Source: Squalus acanthias
Lineage: Eukaryota
Length of the DNA stretch: 64,000 nucleotides
Direction of reading: 5' to 3'
NCBI GenBank assembly: GCA_030390025.1
Contig: CM059427.1
Location: 186,806,001 to 186,870,000, forward strand
Part shown: positions 11,901 to 26,900 of the stretch, one piece after another
How positions within the stretch are numbered: the stretch's first letter is position 1
How the letters are laid out: each line of letters opens with the position of its first letter
The notes under the pieces: generated by a model
Told to the model about the DNA's origin: nothing
What the model saw: the letters and a program-made list of their open reading frames with translations, nothing else
Database searches by the model: none
Made by a program: the position numbers and the translations under genes

Positions 11901-14900
11901 ATTAACTGCAATAACCAAACTGCTTTTACAGAGGTTGAGCCCACCTTCTTTCACAGCCTTTTCTCCCTTTACAGGCCCAGACATAGCTTTAAAATGCCCA
12001 AACTTGGTTTTTGGTCTTACAGTCTCTTAGGTTAGGCCCAAATGCAATATTTTCACTCTGAGGTAGTTCCAAAAGACAATTTTCCTTAGGTTTTGGGGAT
12101 CTGTAAATTTTGGAAACCTTACAGTATTAACGTTAAATGTCACCGTCACAGCCACAGTTGTCACCTTTCACAGATAAGGCAAAACACCTGGTGGAAAGAG
12201 GCTGCAAGTCAGGTTCCAAGAGCTGGTTTATCTCTGTCACGGCAAGGGGGGAGGATACAGGAACTGGCTGATCGCTGCCCATCTCAGGAAACCCCATCAA
12301 AGGACAAACAGGGTGGAGACCCGACGTAACCGTATCCTGCACCAATTTTTCTCCTCGAGCTCCTGTCCACCTTGATAATGCCCCCTGCAGACCAGGAGTC
12401 GGAGGAGATTTAGAGCCTTTATTTTCTGTAACAAGAAATTTAGCCATGACCTCTCTTTTTATTTTGATTACTTTTTGTAATAATAATGTATGTTACATAG
12501 AATTACACAGTATTTTACAGCACAGAAACATCTCCCTCATGTGCCTACCTATGTTCAGAAAGCTCTGGTAATAGATACACAGAATATCTACTGGAAGTGT
12601 TCTGTTTTTCCCTGTAACACTGCCTGCAGTGAAGGTGACATGATACAGTGCTTTCTCCTCATGTATTACTGCTTCATTGTAACCTTCTCTGGAGTGAACT
12701 CCTCAATGAAGGAGCTTTGCCAGCTTCTTGGGATTGTAATGGGAGAGGATTTCACTCTCCCTTCTTGCCCAATTTTGGATAGATTGTGGTCGGCAGGGGC
12801 AGAAAGTGGGGATGGGGATCCGGCGGGCTGCTCCCTGCAGATTGTCGTCACTTCACTAAATATATGGACCCAAATATGGAGAGATTTATTCAAATTGTGT
12901 GGAGAGGCCAAGTGTTATCAGATGTTACATTCACCATCATTACTGCCATAACAATGCTGGAACATAAGGGACAGCAGCATGTTCCCGGAATCTAGTGTTG
13001 CGTTGGCTGGTGGGAGGGGATTTCAATTTCAAACATCTATCTGAAGCAAAGCAATTGATCATGATCAAAGCAGTTTGATCCCTCCCTCTCCCACGAGTCC
13101 TGCTGGGAGCCCACAATAATTATCGAAATTATGCTGAACTCAGGAAATTCCCCAGGGATCACGGTTTGGGAAGATAGACGGGCACGGAGTCTGTCACACT
13201 GACCTACAGGCAATTGGAAAATCCTGCCTCCCTTTGTTATCGGTAATCCTGTGGGTAGCCTGGTCACTGGTGGTCCAGGAGAACCAACAACGTACTGTGC
13301 ATTGCACAAGAGGAGGGGAGATCACTTTTGGAGATTGCTGACCTGATTTTTGAGCCTGAAGTGATATGACTGCACCAGTACTGTATTCAGTTTTAGGAGA
13401 ATACTGATTATTGTGACGGTATTTCAGATTTCTCAACAATATGGGAGTAACGATTCCCCTTCCACACTCCCAGTAAATGCTGGAAATACGGATTGTGAAA
13501 TTGGACACTGCAGGCCCACGAGGTCAGAGTGCAGTGGCAGAAATTCACCCTCTAATGTCCTAAAGTATCACTGGATTAGGCCAGATTATTCCAGACAGTC
13601 AGCTCTTCACCGGGGTGTGTATGTGTCATTGCTGAATCCGTTGTATATAAAAAATATGACTGTAAATAATGAAGTCCAATATTAATCATTACAAATATGG
13701 GATAAAGTAGTTGTCATTTAAATATTTAAATATTTACATTGTTCCTCTTTCTAACAGGAAACCCAAATCATATTTATTTTTTGGATATGCAAGATGACTT
13801 TCAATTAAACGGACCGGACAATCCTGGGAATGGCCCTGTTGTCTGGGAATGGAAACCACACTCAGGGCAAGAAATCCAGCGGCTGGTTACTTTTCACAAA
13901 AGGAGTTCAGTCTTGTGGGACGCACAATGGAACGATCACTTTAGAAACAGCGACTTGTACCGGATGGTAGAATGGAATTACAGGTCCATTAATCTGAGAA
14001 TTAGAAATGCCACATTTAAATTTGCGGGATCGTTCACCTTGACTCAAACACAGCCGAGTAATAAAATCCTGACACAGCACGAAATATTTGGGATCAAAGG
14101 TGAGTGGGACGAAGTCTAGAAAAGGAACAATAAAATGATTCTCAGTGAATAATTTCATGTGTAATGATGAGAGATTGCCAGGATCACGTGAGATTTATAT
14201 CACCCAGTGCAGAGAGCATCTCTCATTAAAACAACCAGGGGAAAGATTTTGTTCATTGTTTCTCCTGAAATGGTCAACATGAGTAAAAACATTTCGACAA
14301 TTTCACCAGAAATAGCAAACCGAGGAATCTACCCACAGAGAGTATTATGGTCTGTACACTGGAGCAATCTCTGTCAGATGTACTGAATTCTGTTACCAAA
14401 CCAATAGATCCCTTGTAGTAATAATCCTCAGTGCAATGGGACAGGAATAAGATTGGCCAGAGTCACTGCTCCTGATTGCTATCCAGTGAACCTTTTAGAT
14501 GTGTCACTTGGTTGAGGTCCCAGAGGATGTCAAGTGTCCCTGGAACTTGTACTATGACAAGGAGTTAACGCCTTCAGGAAAGCAAGAAGAACATGGCAGA
14601 GAAAAGAGATACATTGGGGGGAATTTTAACCCCAAAAAATGGTTGGCTTGGGGTCGGGTGGGAGGTTACAGAGTTAAAAATCTGAATCCTGGCCCCAACG
14701 CGCCTCCAACCCGCCCACTTCTGGTTTTAACGGAGGTGGGACGGGGGTGGGGGGGCAGTTAACCTGCTCGCAGGAGGTGAGTTCGCACTTTTAATAGTCT
14801 AATGGTGTTGGGTGCCTGATAGTGATCCACCATTTTAAATTTAACTGTGGGCTCGGGGAACCCGCCAGCTAAAGGGTGGCGAGGACTGCTGGATCCAGGG

Positions 14901-17900
14901 TTTCTGCCTCGCTACCCACCCGCAATCGGACCCCTCCTCCCGACCCTTCCGATGTCCCCCCAACCTCACCCTAGGGCTTCCGACACCCCCCCCACGAGAC
15001 CACCGATCTCTGATCGTGCATCTTCCCTTCTGACCTCCCCTCCGGCCTTCCGACCTCCCCCCTCCAGCCTTCCGATCTCTCTCTGATCTCCAATTCCCTC
15101 TCCGGCCTTCCAAACTCCCCACTGCAGCTTTCCAACTGTCCTCTGATCTCCGATACTCCCTCTGGCCTTCCGACCTCCAAACTCTGGCCTTCCAACCTCC
15201 AAACTCTGGCCTTCTGACCTCCCCACTCCGGCGTTCCGACAACCCCACCATTCCCTCTCTGCTCTCTGTGGTCTGGTTCGTCAGGCCTTTACATTCGAGC
15301 CTTTCCTTCTGGCTGTCTGCGGGCGGGAAACAGAGATATTAAATGTTGATCAGGCCCTGTCGCTAAATTCAGTCCTGCCACGCCCTATCTGCCCCCAAAG
15401 CCTTTCCACCATCTACAAGGCACAAGTAAGGACTGTGATGGAATACTCTCCACTTGCCTGGATGAGTGCAGCTCCAACAACACTCAAGAAGCTCGACACC
15501 ATCCAAAATAAAGCAGCCCAATTGATTGACACCCCATCCACCACCTTAAACGTTCACTCCCTGCTCCACCGGCATACTGTGGGTGCAGTGTGTACCATCT
15601 ACAAGATGCATTGCAGCAACTCGCCAAGGCTTCTTCAGCAGCACCTCCCAAACCCACGACCTCTTCCACCTAGAAGGACAAGGGCAGCAGGCGCATGGGA
15701 ACATCACTACCTCAAAGTTCTCCTCCAAGTCACACACCATCCTGACTGAGAAGTATATCGCCGATCCTTCAAAGTCGCTGGGTCAAAATTCTGGAACTTC
15801 CTACCTAACAGCACTGTGGGAGTACCTTCACCACACGGACTGCAGCGGTTCAAGGAGGCGGCTCACCACCACCTTCTCAAGGGCAACTAGGAATGGGCAA
15901 TAAATGCTGGCCTTGCCAGCAACGCCCAGATCCCATAAGCAAATAAAAAAAAATTAAAATTCCGGCCATTGTATCTACGCAAAAATATTTAAAAACCAAA
16001 TCAAAATCTTTAGTTTCTGCCAACTAAGGATGCTGCTCAACAGCTGCACTTTCTGGTTGGTTGATGTGTGTAACATCTGAATGAGGCTGAGGTCACTGTC
16101 AAATGTACTATATATAAAATATAAGCCAATCCTGAAATGTCATAGTGGCCAAAATATGATCTGGGCCTGGACCATTGCTCCTGAGGTGTTGGCCCAAACT
16201 GCACCAGAATGAGTTGACCATAATAGAAAGTCAACTCATTTACATTTGTCAGTGGCACTCATGGCACATAGTGCATGGTACACGAGGAATGTCTCATGGG
16301 TCGGGCACCAGAGTGTTGGGCACCAGCAGCTAATGGATGCCACCATTGGCACAAAAATTCGGCCCTTCCCGGGTGAGTACACAGTCCGTACTCACGCGTA
16401 TTGCTTCCCAAAGTGCTGGTTTCCTGCATTCACGTCGCATGCGCGGGAAACCGGAACTTCCAGTATGGTGAAGGGGGCGGTTCCTAGGTGAACCGCGTGC
16501 GCGCTAGAGGCTGCGCGCATGCAGCACACTTAGATTTTTTTTCAGGTTTCTACGTGAGGGTAAGTATTGAAGATACTACGCTAATGAAAAGGAGGCGTAA
16601 GACCCGTTTTGAACAAGGTAAGTGGTTAATTAAGTATAATTTTAAATATTTTTCAACAGGTTTATCTTTTTTAGATACTTTAAAGAAAGGTAAGTTTATT
16701 TTTATAACTTTTAAAAGGAATTTAAATTTTTTCAAAAATTTAAATTTTTGTTTAATCTGGTTAATTTATTTAACTATAGTTATTTTATAAATGTGATGTT
16801 TTTTTAAATTTATTTTAAGTTTAGCTGTTCTTTTGGGGCCGATTTCAATTCACAGATTTGACAGGTCTCCCAGTCAAATCTATGAATGAAAGATGGTCTG
16901 CTGCCATTGGCTCTCCATGGCCCACGTGATCCCAGGGAACGCATCGCACTAACTGCGCCCCTGGAACACGCAAGCACTGCGCGCCGGCAGTTGGGAGAGG
17001 CCCAGGACCCGAAGTTCCCGTGGGCCCAAAACACAACGGCAGGCGCGGTAGGTAAGAGGGCGCGCGATCCTTACCCCCGCGGCAAGCTGGAGAGGCGAAT
17101 TTCTGGGTCATTGTAATTAAAGTCCCTGTTGAAGATTTGATTCTTACTTGTCATGTTGTAGGTGGGACTGAAAGTCAGGGTGGGCATTTTTAGAACAAGC
17201 CTCTCCTGAAGTGCCATTCCTCATGGACGCTCAATGATTGGAGCCCTGCTCAGGAGCATTTTGGGAAGCCACTAATTTAAATAACGTAATGACTTTTAGC
17301 GTGGATTTTGTGCACAGGCTCCCAGTGCGTGTGTTGGGTGGTCTTACTGAAGTGTGCGAGGCACATTGAGAACAGAGTGGGACTGGAGCCTTCTCCATGT
17401 CTGATAATATGGGCGCTACATTTCCATCACACCCTCCTCTGGTGAGATTCCATCACCTGTCCATTGTGGTGTCGACTTCCACAAATGTCATCCAAACCAT
17501 GTAACCTTAACCTGACCCCGGATACTCCAGCAGGGTCAGGGGTAAAGGTCATCGGCCGCACTCTGGCTCACTTCACGCTGGCAGAGCTGGACTGAGAATT
17601 TTCAGGCTCACTGTGTTATTCTACTGATAAGATGCACTTGTGTGTAATCTGGCCTGAGCCTTTAATGCAGCAAGGTACAAGTGCTGATGATGGGCACATC
17701 CTACAGTCAGTTAGAACCTAATCACTGGATTGTACATGTCACTACTTACACTAAATCTTATTGATCTGTTTTTCACAGTTGAGTCAAGTCCACAGAGTGC
17801 TGTGGTGGGCAGTGAAGTTACACTCAGCTGTACCATCTCCAAACTCTCAGATACAGTCAGTCTTCAGTGGAAACAGAGAGACTCATCTCAGCAGAACAGG

Positions 17901-20900
17901 ATGAACACTGATCAGATCCGACTAAATAACACAGTCTTTCTGATAGTCAAACATGTTGCAGTAGAGGATAAGGAGTTGTACGCGTGTGAAGTGCAGGAAG
18001 ATGGATCCATTATTCTCACAGGAAAAGCAGATTTTTCTGTGGACCAGGGTAAGTGCAGTTACCTCACAGTAGATATTAAAGAGTTACTAATATAAAACTG
18101 TTACATATAAAGTGGAGTCATACATGTCAACCATCAGCACTTCATGCTTACAGTCAGCATGTGGGGGCCCGGTGCACATATCAGCATTGAACAAAAAACT
18201 GGCCTCTCGCCCCTCAATGCCACTTCTAACCGAGTTCTGCTGCTATTTGAAGTGATTCCAGCTGCTGCATACTCTAGGCTTCAAATAAGCATTCAGCTGG
18301 AGCAGGACTGAGGGAAGAGGGAAAGGCAGGGAATCAATGGCCATGAACGGAGAGGGAAGGATGGAAATGATGGCAATGTAGAGGAGAGATGGTGGGCAGA
18401 GGGAAATGACAGAGGCTGGGAGTGGGGCTTTGGGGGAGGAAGAGGGGAAAAGCTGAGAGTGGAACTTTGGAGTAGAAGATAAGAATTTGCATTTGTGTGA
18501 AGTGTAGGAAAAAGACTCTGTTATTAAAATAGCATCAAAACTATTGATGTGGATCAGGGTGAGGCCAGAACTACCTTACAGTAGATATTAAATAGTTACT
18601 GAAATAACACTGTTACACACAAAGTACAGGGAGCACAGAGACAGCATATGCTTTTACTACAGACTGGGACCTTATTTTCTCTTTGGAACATTGGTGTAAA
18701 TATAACATTGCAATACAGTGGGCAAATATCAGTAACAAGGTCTAGATGGATCTGACAATAAATAGCTAAAGAGTTGAAGGTGAACAGCAACATTCTCACA
18801 CAGCTCATCAGTTACCAAAACACAGAGACAATTCTTTTCTAAATATGGTTCACTTTACTCACTGCAAGGGCACAGCATTAAAGTCCATCCCTGAATATCT
18901 ATTCAGTGCTCTTCCAATACACACACATATGGCCGGAGTTTTCCAGAGTGGTAGCGGGGGCGATTGGTGGCGGGTCGAGTGGGAAAGTTATTCATAGAAT
19001 CATAGAATCATAGAAATTTACAGCACAGAATGAGGCCATTCAGCCCATCTTGTCCGTGCCGGCCGACAAAGAGCTATCTACCCTAATCCCACTTTCCAGC
19101 ACTTGGCTCCGTAGCCTTGGAGGTTCCGGCACTTCAAGCGCATATCCAAGTACATTTTAAATGTGGTGAGGGTCTCTACCTCTACCACCCTTTCAGGCAG
19201 TGAGTTCCAGACACCCACCGCCCTCTGGGTGAAAACAATTCTCCACAAATCACCTCCAAACTTCCGACCAATTACTTTAAATCTGTGCCCCCTGGTTATT
19301 GACCCTGCTGCTAAGGGGAATAGGTCCTTCCTATCTACTCTATCTAGGCCTCTCATAATTTTATACAACTCAATTAATTCCCTTCTCAGCCTCCTCTGTT
19401 CCATAGAAAATAACCCCAGCCTATCCAATCTTTCCTCAGAGCTAAAATTCCCGAGCCCAGGGAATATCCTTGAAAATCTCCTCTGCACCCTCTCTAGTGT
19501 AATCACATCCTTCCTGTAATGTGATGACCAGAACTGTACGAAGTATGCTAGCTGCGATTTAACTAGTGTTTTATACAGTTTAAGCATAACCTCCCTGCTC
19601 TTATATTCTATGCCTCAGCTAATAAAGGCAAGTATCCCGGAGGCCTTCTTAACACCTTATCTACCTGTCCTGCTACCTTCAGGGAGCTGTGGACATGCAC
19701 TCCAAGGTGCCTCTGATCTTCTGCACTTCTCAGTGTCCTACCATTTATAATGTATTCCCTTGCCTTGTTAACCCTCCCCAAATGCATTACCTCACACTTC
19801 TCCAGATTGCATTCCAATTGCCACTGTTCTGCCCACCTGAATAATCTTCCTGCAGTCTGCAGCTTTCTTCTTCATTATCAACCACACGGCCAATTGTTGT
19901 ATCATTTGCAAACTTCTTAATCATACTTCCTACATTCAAGTACAAATCATTGCTATTTACTACAAAAAACAAAGGACCCAGTACTGAGCGCTGCGGAACC
20001 CCACTGGAACCAGCCTTCCAGTCACAAAAACACACTTCAACCATTACCCTTTGTTTCCTGCCTCTGAGCCAATTTTGGATCCAACTTGCCACTTTGCCTT
20101 GGATCCCATGGGCTTTTACTTTCATGACCAGTCAGCCATGCGGGACCTTATCAAAAGCCTTGCTAAAATCTATATAGACTACAGCAAATGCAATACTGTC
20201 ATCGACCCTCTTTGTTACCTCCTCAAAAATTTCAATCAAGTTAGTCAGACACAACCTTCCCTTAACAAATCCATGCTGACTGTCCCTGATTAATCCGTGT
20301 CTTTCTAAATGAAGATTTATCCTGTCCCTCAGAATTGTTTCCAATAATTTTCCCACCACTGAGGTTAGGCTGATTGGTCTGCAATTACTTGGTCTATCCC
20401 TTTCTTCCTTTTTAAACAAGGGTACCACGTTAGCAGTCCTCCAGTCCTCCAGTACCACAGCTGTAGCCAGAGAGGATTGGAAAATGATGGTCAGAGCCTC
20501 TGCTATTTCCTCTCTTACTTCTCTTAACAGTCTGGGATACATTTCATCTAGGCCTGGGGATTTATCCACTTTCAAAGATGCTAAACCACTTAATACTTCC
20601 TCTTTCACAATGTTTATTTCATCTAATATTTCACACTCCTCCTCCCTGATTGCAATTTCTGCATCATCCCTCTCTTTTGTGAAAACAGACGCAAAGTATT
20701 CATTAAGAACCATACCCATGTCTTCCGCTTCCACACACAGGTTACCTTTATGGTCCTTAATAGGCACTACTCTTATTTTAGTTATCCTCTTGCTCTTAAT
20801 GGACCAGAAATTCGGCCCTCCACGGGTGAGTACACGCTATGTACTCACCCGTGGACCTAACGAAAGTGCCGGTTTCACGCATGCACTGCGCATGCGCTGG

Positions 20901-23900
20901 AAACCGGAACTTCCGTTCCCCTGAAGGAAGGGGTTCAGAAGTCGAACGCGTGCGCGGTAGAGGCTGTGCGCACGCAGCGAACTTCGGATTTTTTTTCAGG
21001 TTTTTCAATGAGGGTAAGTATGGAGAAGCTGCACATTTTAAAAGGAGGTTCACGGCCTTTTTTTAACAAGGTAAGTGGTTAATTAAGTACAATTAAAAAA
21101 AATTTTCAGCAGGTTTATCTTTTTTTCATACTTTAAAGAAAGGTAAGTTTACTTTTAGTACCGTTAAAAAATATAATTAATTTTTTCAAAAATTAAAATT
21201 TTTCTTTAAAGTCGTTAATTTATGTAACTTATAGTTATTTTAAAAATGTGATTTTTAAAAAAAAATTATTTGAAGTTTAAGTGAGGTTTTGGGGCCGATC
21301 TCTATTCATAGATTTGACAGGTCTTCCTGTCAAATCTATGAATGAAAATGCCCTGCTCCGATTGGCTCTCCATGGCCCACGTGATCCCAGGGGACGCTTC
21401 GAAGTAACTGCGCCCCTGGGATACGCAAGCACTGCGAGCCGGCAGCTGCAGGAGGCCCAGGAGCCGAATTCCTCGTGGGCCCGAAGCACAACGACAGGCG
21501 CGATAGGCAAGTACGCGCGCGATGCTTGCACCCTCGGAAGCCGGAAAGCCGAATTTCTGGCCCAATGTATTTATAAAACATCTTTGGGTTTCTCTTGATT
21601 TTACTTGCCAATATTTTTTCATGCCCTCTGTTTGCTTTCCTAATTTCCTTTTAATTGCACCCCTGCACTTTCTATACTCCTCTAGGGTTTCTGCAGTTTT
21701 GAGCCCTCGGTATCGGTCATAAGCTTCCCTTTGTTTCATTAACCTTCCCTGTATGTCCCTTGACATCCAGGGAGCTCTAGATTTGTTAGTCCCACCCTTT
21801 GCTTTCAGGGAACATACTTGCTCTGAACCCTCACTGTCTCCTCCTTGAATGCCTCCCACTGCTCTGACACTGATTTACCTTCAAGTTTCTGCCTCCAGTC
21901 CACTTTGGCTAAATCACTTCTCAGCAAAATTAGCTTTTCCCCAATTGAGAACTTTTATTCCTGGTCCATCCTTGTCCTTTTCCATAATTACTCTAAATCT
22001 AACTGAATTATGATCACGACCACCAATATGCTCTCCCTTTCCACCTGTCCAGCTTCATTCCCTAAAACTAGGTCCAGAACCACCCCCTCTCTTGTTGGGC
22101 TTGCTATGTACTGGCTACAAAAGTTCTCCTGAATGCATTTTAAGGATTCTGCTCCCTCTATGCCTTTCACACTAATTTTATCCCAGTTAATATTAAGGAA
22201 GATGAAATCTCCTACTATTACTGCCTTATTTTTGCACGTCTCAGAAATTTGCCTACATATTTGCTCTTCTATCTCTCTATGACTGTTCGGAGGTCTATGA
22301 TACACTCCCAGCAGTGTGATTGCCCCTTTTTTGTTTTTCAGTTCAACCCATATGGCTTCATTTGATGATCCTTCTAAGATATCCTCACTCCTCACAGCAG
22401 TAATTGATTATTTAATCAATATTGCGACTCCCCTCCTTTCTTATCCCCCTCTCTATCTCGTCTGAAAACCCTGTAAACAGGAATGTTGAGCTGCATTCCT
22501 GCCTTTCTTTCAGCCATGTCTTATTTTTAGGAGTGGGTTGGGAACCTGCTGTTATCCCCAGGTGCCTCTGTCATCGCGGAGCCGTCCTGACTGGTAGTGG
22601 TGGGCGGCCCAATTGAGATGATTAACAGTTAGTTGTCAGACTATTAACAGGCTTTTTTAACGTTCTTTGTAAATTTAACTGCACGGCTACAGCCACCACA
22701 TTGCTCGGGAAGCACGTCTGTCAACCTGAGGCGGAAGTTCCATGGTCATTGTTCCAGCTGAATTCTTGACAGCATCTAATGTACAGTAAAAGCTCCCACC
22801 TGACAGATGATCACTTTCCTCAGGCAGAAACTGTTGCTCAGTCCATTTCCAGCACAGATTCTGCAGGCTGCAAATGTTTCCAGAAAAGTCTCCATCCAGT
22901 CTCACCTCATTGGAAGAACTCTCTCACCATTGACAGAATGCTTCTGTTATCTGTACTTCACCTGCCATCTATTCCATCAACAGGGGTGCCATTTATACTG
23001 TCTCAACTTGGTCCTCAGAATTGGAACACGATAAGCCCCAACATCAGCAGCACCAGGCACACCAGCAGCACCAACAACAACACCAACCTTCTCCACAATC
23101 ACCTGAAGGTGCACAGGACACCGGGCATCAGCACCCGAGCACATTGCTGCCCGGGAGGCCAGGGATGGGTTCATCATGGCCAGATTTAGTTAGGTTTACG
23201 CTGCACACCTATATGGCAGCCACATGATGCGCCAGGTTGGCACCACCCCACACCAACACCACAAAACATCCCTACAATGACCAAGCCATGATCGTATTGC
23301 ATGGCGGAGCGGGCTCGAGGGGCCTTATGGCCTACTCCTGCTCATATTTCTTATGTTCTTATAAGCCATTCATTTCACACTCATCACCATTGCGGGGGGC
23401 ACCGTTATGTCTCACCATTCACTGCAACTCATTAAGTCACTTCCAAAGGTGCACACAAATCTGTTGAAGAAAGGAAAGTGTTGAAAATGAAGATTTTTAT
23501 GTTTGACATCACACTAACAGAAACTTTCCATAAACATTGGATAAAACACCCAAGTGGTTACCCTTGTGTGTTGTTAGTTGGTATGATTGCACTAGGATGA
23601 GGGTGAGTGTGACGGGTGGCTAGTGAGATGGGGATGTGATAATGTTGATAGATAGAGAGGGATAGGTGGAGGTGCAAAGTATGTTGGTGTGAGTAAGGAT
23701 GTGCAGGTGTAGGTTAGGGAAGGCTGAGTGCTGGGAATTTGATGAGAGACACAGCAGGATGAAGTTGAGTGTGGCCTTGTACTAACATTTCCTGATCTAA
23801 TGAGATCATTGAAATGTTTGCGGCACTGCACCCAGGTCCGCCTGAACACATCCCTGCTTGTGACCTCCTCTGCAATCTGCAACCAGGCTGTTTTGGTCTG

Positions 23901-26900
23901 CTGGGGAGGTCACTTCTGCCCATCGGAAGGGAAGAGGACCTCCCTGTGTGCTGTTATTCCCTCCATAAGCATATGGAGGGAGTCATCAGAGAACCTGGGT
24001 GCAGCCCTGTGCCTCTGTGCAGTCATTGTCAGTGTTTGCAGCTCTCCAATGCTGTAGTGCACTGACAGCATTATGTTAGATTAAACGTCAAATCTAATGT
24101 GGCCGTGGTCCCTTTAAAGATCCCGGCTGAAAATGCGTCATGTATGATGCCACCAGACATGCTCCATTTAATTGGACCGTGTAATGCGCTGAGCGTGTTT
24201 AATAGGCCCCATTAACGTAAGTTTGTTTTCAGTAGCAGGATGGAGTTTGCAGTGGTATCATGACCCGTCATGGCCACCGCCCGCACCTGACCCGCCGAGG
24301 GAGGCAACGTTCTGGCCATAGGGTACGATAATGATTGACTTTGGTTGAACATCATTGGTAGTGCAAAAATTGTACAAGCAGTTATGGTGCTCTGCGATTG
24401 TTAGCATCTGAGATCAATAGATTGGGAGTGGAGGGAGGGCGGATGGTTTTAATGTGGCCTGGTTCTGTACAGGTAACTGAATGGGGAACCATTTCACCAG
24501 CTGTCGAGAGGCAAGTGGGGCAGAGGAACAAGGCTACAGCCAATATTTGTTTTTCTTGTCTAGAATTGTCAAAGTAAATGAAGCAGTTCAACATTGAAAG
24601 GTAGAAAATCTGAATTGCGTAAGTTGTACCGGAGATAAAAGAAAAACGGCAAATGTTTTCAGTAACATAGCATCTTGAAGAAAGAAAAAAATACACTTCA
24701 CTGAGGAAGAATAAAGTGGACATCAATCATCAGTGAGAACGTTAAGAGAGGAGACCGAAAGCTTGGTCAAAGAGATATGTTTTCATTGTGTGTGTGAAGA
24801 CACAGCAAGAGGTGGAGGGGTTTAGGGAGGGAGTTCCAGAGGTTCGGGCTGAGAGAACAGAAGGTTTTGCCACCAATGGAGGGAGGGGACAGTGAGATGA
24901 TGACAGGGAATATGAACGGAGAAATTCTGCCAGAATTTACAGAGGTAAATTGGGGTGAGGCTGTGGAGTGATTTGTAGATGTTGATGAGGATTTTATATT
25001 CGATGGTTGAGGGACAGGGAGCTGGTGTGTGCCATTGAGGATGGGCGAGGAATATTTATCGTGGGAGAGAATGTGGATGGGTAATTTAGACTTTGTGCGA
25101 TGGAAGTCACCTTTGTGAGATATAAACATGCTGCCAATTCGCTGTTACCCATTTTACACTATCGCACAAAGGCAAATTACCCCCATGTTTCTGTAAGAAA
25201 GCATCAGGATTGCTCCCTGGACAATAAGGAAAGGAATCCCAACATTCCAATTTGGTCAGCTTCCAAGCTGTATTGTAGCAGCAATTAAAACACTCTGGCC
25301 GCGATTTTCTCATTGGTGACGGGTTGGGTGCGGGTCAGGTGGTCGGCGGGTTCCGGTCCCGCCGCCGTTTTCAGCCGGTCAGAAATTGAAATTTTGCCTT
25401 AATTGGCCTATTGAGTCCCTGCGTGCGCGCTACCCGGCCCAATTAGTGGTTCCGGGTCTGCTGCTCGCCTCTGCTGACGTCAGTCAGCCAGCTGCATTTA
25501 AGGGGCCCATGCAGCCTTGTTTCATTCTCATTCTTTGATGCTGGATTTCGGGTTGCCAACTGCTCCCATGACTGCTGCAAGAGCCAAGGCCTCACTCCGT
25601 TTTGATGATGACTCCCTCCATGCTCTTGTGCAGGGAGTGAGAGGGCGCAAGAAGGTACTCTTCCCATCCTCTGGACGGAGGAAGCCTCCTCAGCAAAGCA
25701 AAGCAGTCTGGCTGAAAATCGCTGAGGAGGTCCGCTCCAGATCGTTGTGTCCTCGATCCTGGGTCCAGTGAAGGAAAAGGTTTAATGACCTGGTACGCTC
25801 AGGAAAAGTGAGTATAACATCACACTTACCCGCAATCTGCTCCCCATCTCCTCTCATCACCAGCACTCTGCATTGTCAACCTACTCCTGCACATCCCACT
25901 TTACCCTTACATGCCTTGCACCCTTAACCATCATTCTCTCTCCATGTACACAATCACTTCACTATTCGACTATGCTGCCCTCACACTCGCTATCACTGTT
26001 ATGCAATGCCAACAACTAACAACACACAGGGAGGGCCCTTGGTGTTGGCACCTCACTCCATCTTTGTCTCCTTCTAAGCATCTATGCTATGGATTCTCTA
26101 CACTCACTCCATCATTCTCACTCAAACTCGCTTGTGTCCCTCATTGCAGGAAAAGAGAGCCCACAATAAGAGGGAGAGGGCAAGGACAGGTGGAGGGCCA
26201 CCATCCATTGCCCAGCTGACCAACGCTGAGGTGGCAGCATTCGAAATAATCGGAGTTGATGAGGATCTAGAAGTGGGGGACAGTCAAACGGGCGCAGCAG
26301 AGCAAGCTGGTGACAGAATAGAGTCATGGCAACTACCAGGGTACTTTGCGCAAACATGCATAATTTCCTTTCTGTGGTTGCACACCAGCTGGACGTTAAG
26401 GGAGTGGAACCCCTTGCAGTTGACAAAAACAGCTGGGTTGTGATGGGGTGCCCTAATGGTCACATGTGTGCAGTCTACGACACCCTGCACCCTTGGCAAG
26501 CCTGCCATATTTGCAAAGCCAACCACACGCGCGGTTACACTTGCTTCATCCGTGGAGAAGTGGATGTAATTGTGCGCCTATCCAAAAAGGGCATCGGTTA
26601 CCTGCGTGATGCAATTGTGTGCGGCCGACTGAGAGATGCCGCTGATGTCTGCTGATGAGCCCTGGAAGGACCCTGAAGCAAAAAAATTGAGGGCAGTGGT
26701 GACTTTGACAGCCACTAATAAGGGGTGTCCACCAGGTGTTGGTGCAGCATTGCGCAGATGTCAGCGACTACCTCTCGCGAAAGTCTCAGACTCCTTTGGC
26801 ACTGCTGCTCAGTCATGTTGAGGAAGGTCATCCTCGGCCTGTAAACCCTGTGTTGGGGGTATCTCCTGCGGCGAGGTGCAGCCCTGCGCTGACGCCCTCT

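Noticed and set aside
12490-13685. Several 70-150 aa ORFs in the leader-D1 intron
   Set aside because: No recognisable domains or consistent splice structure.
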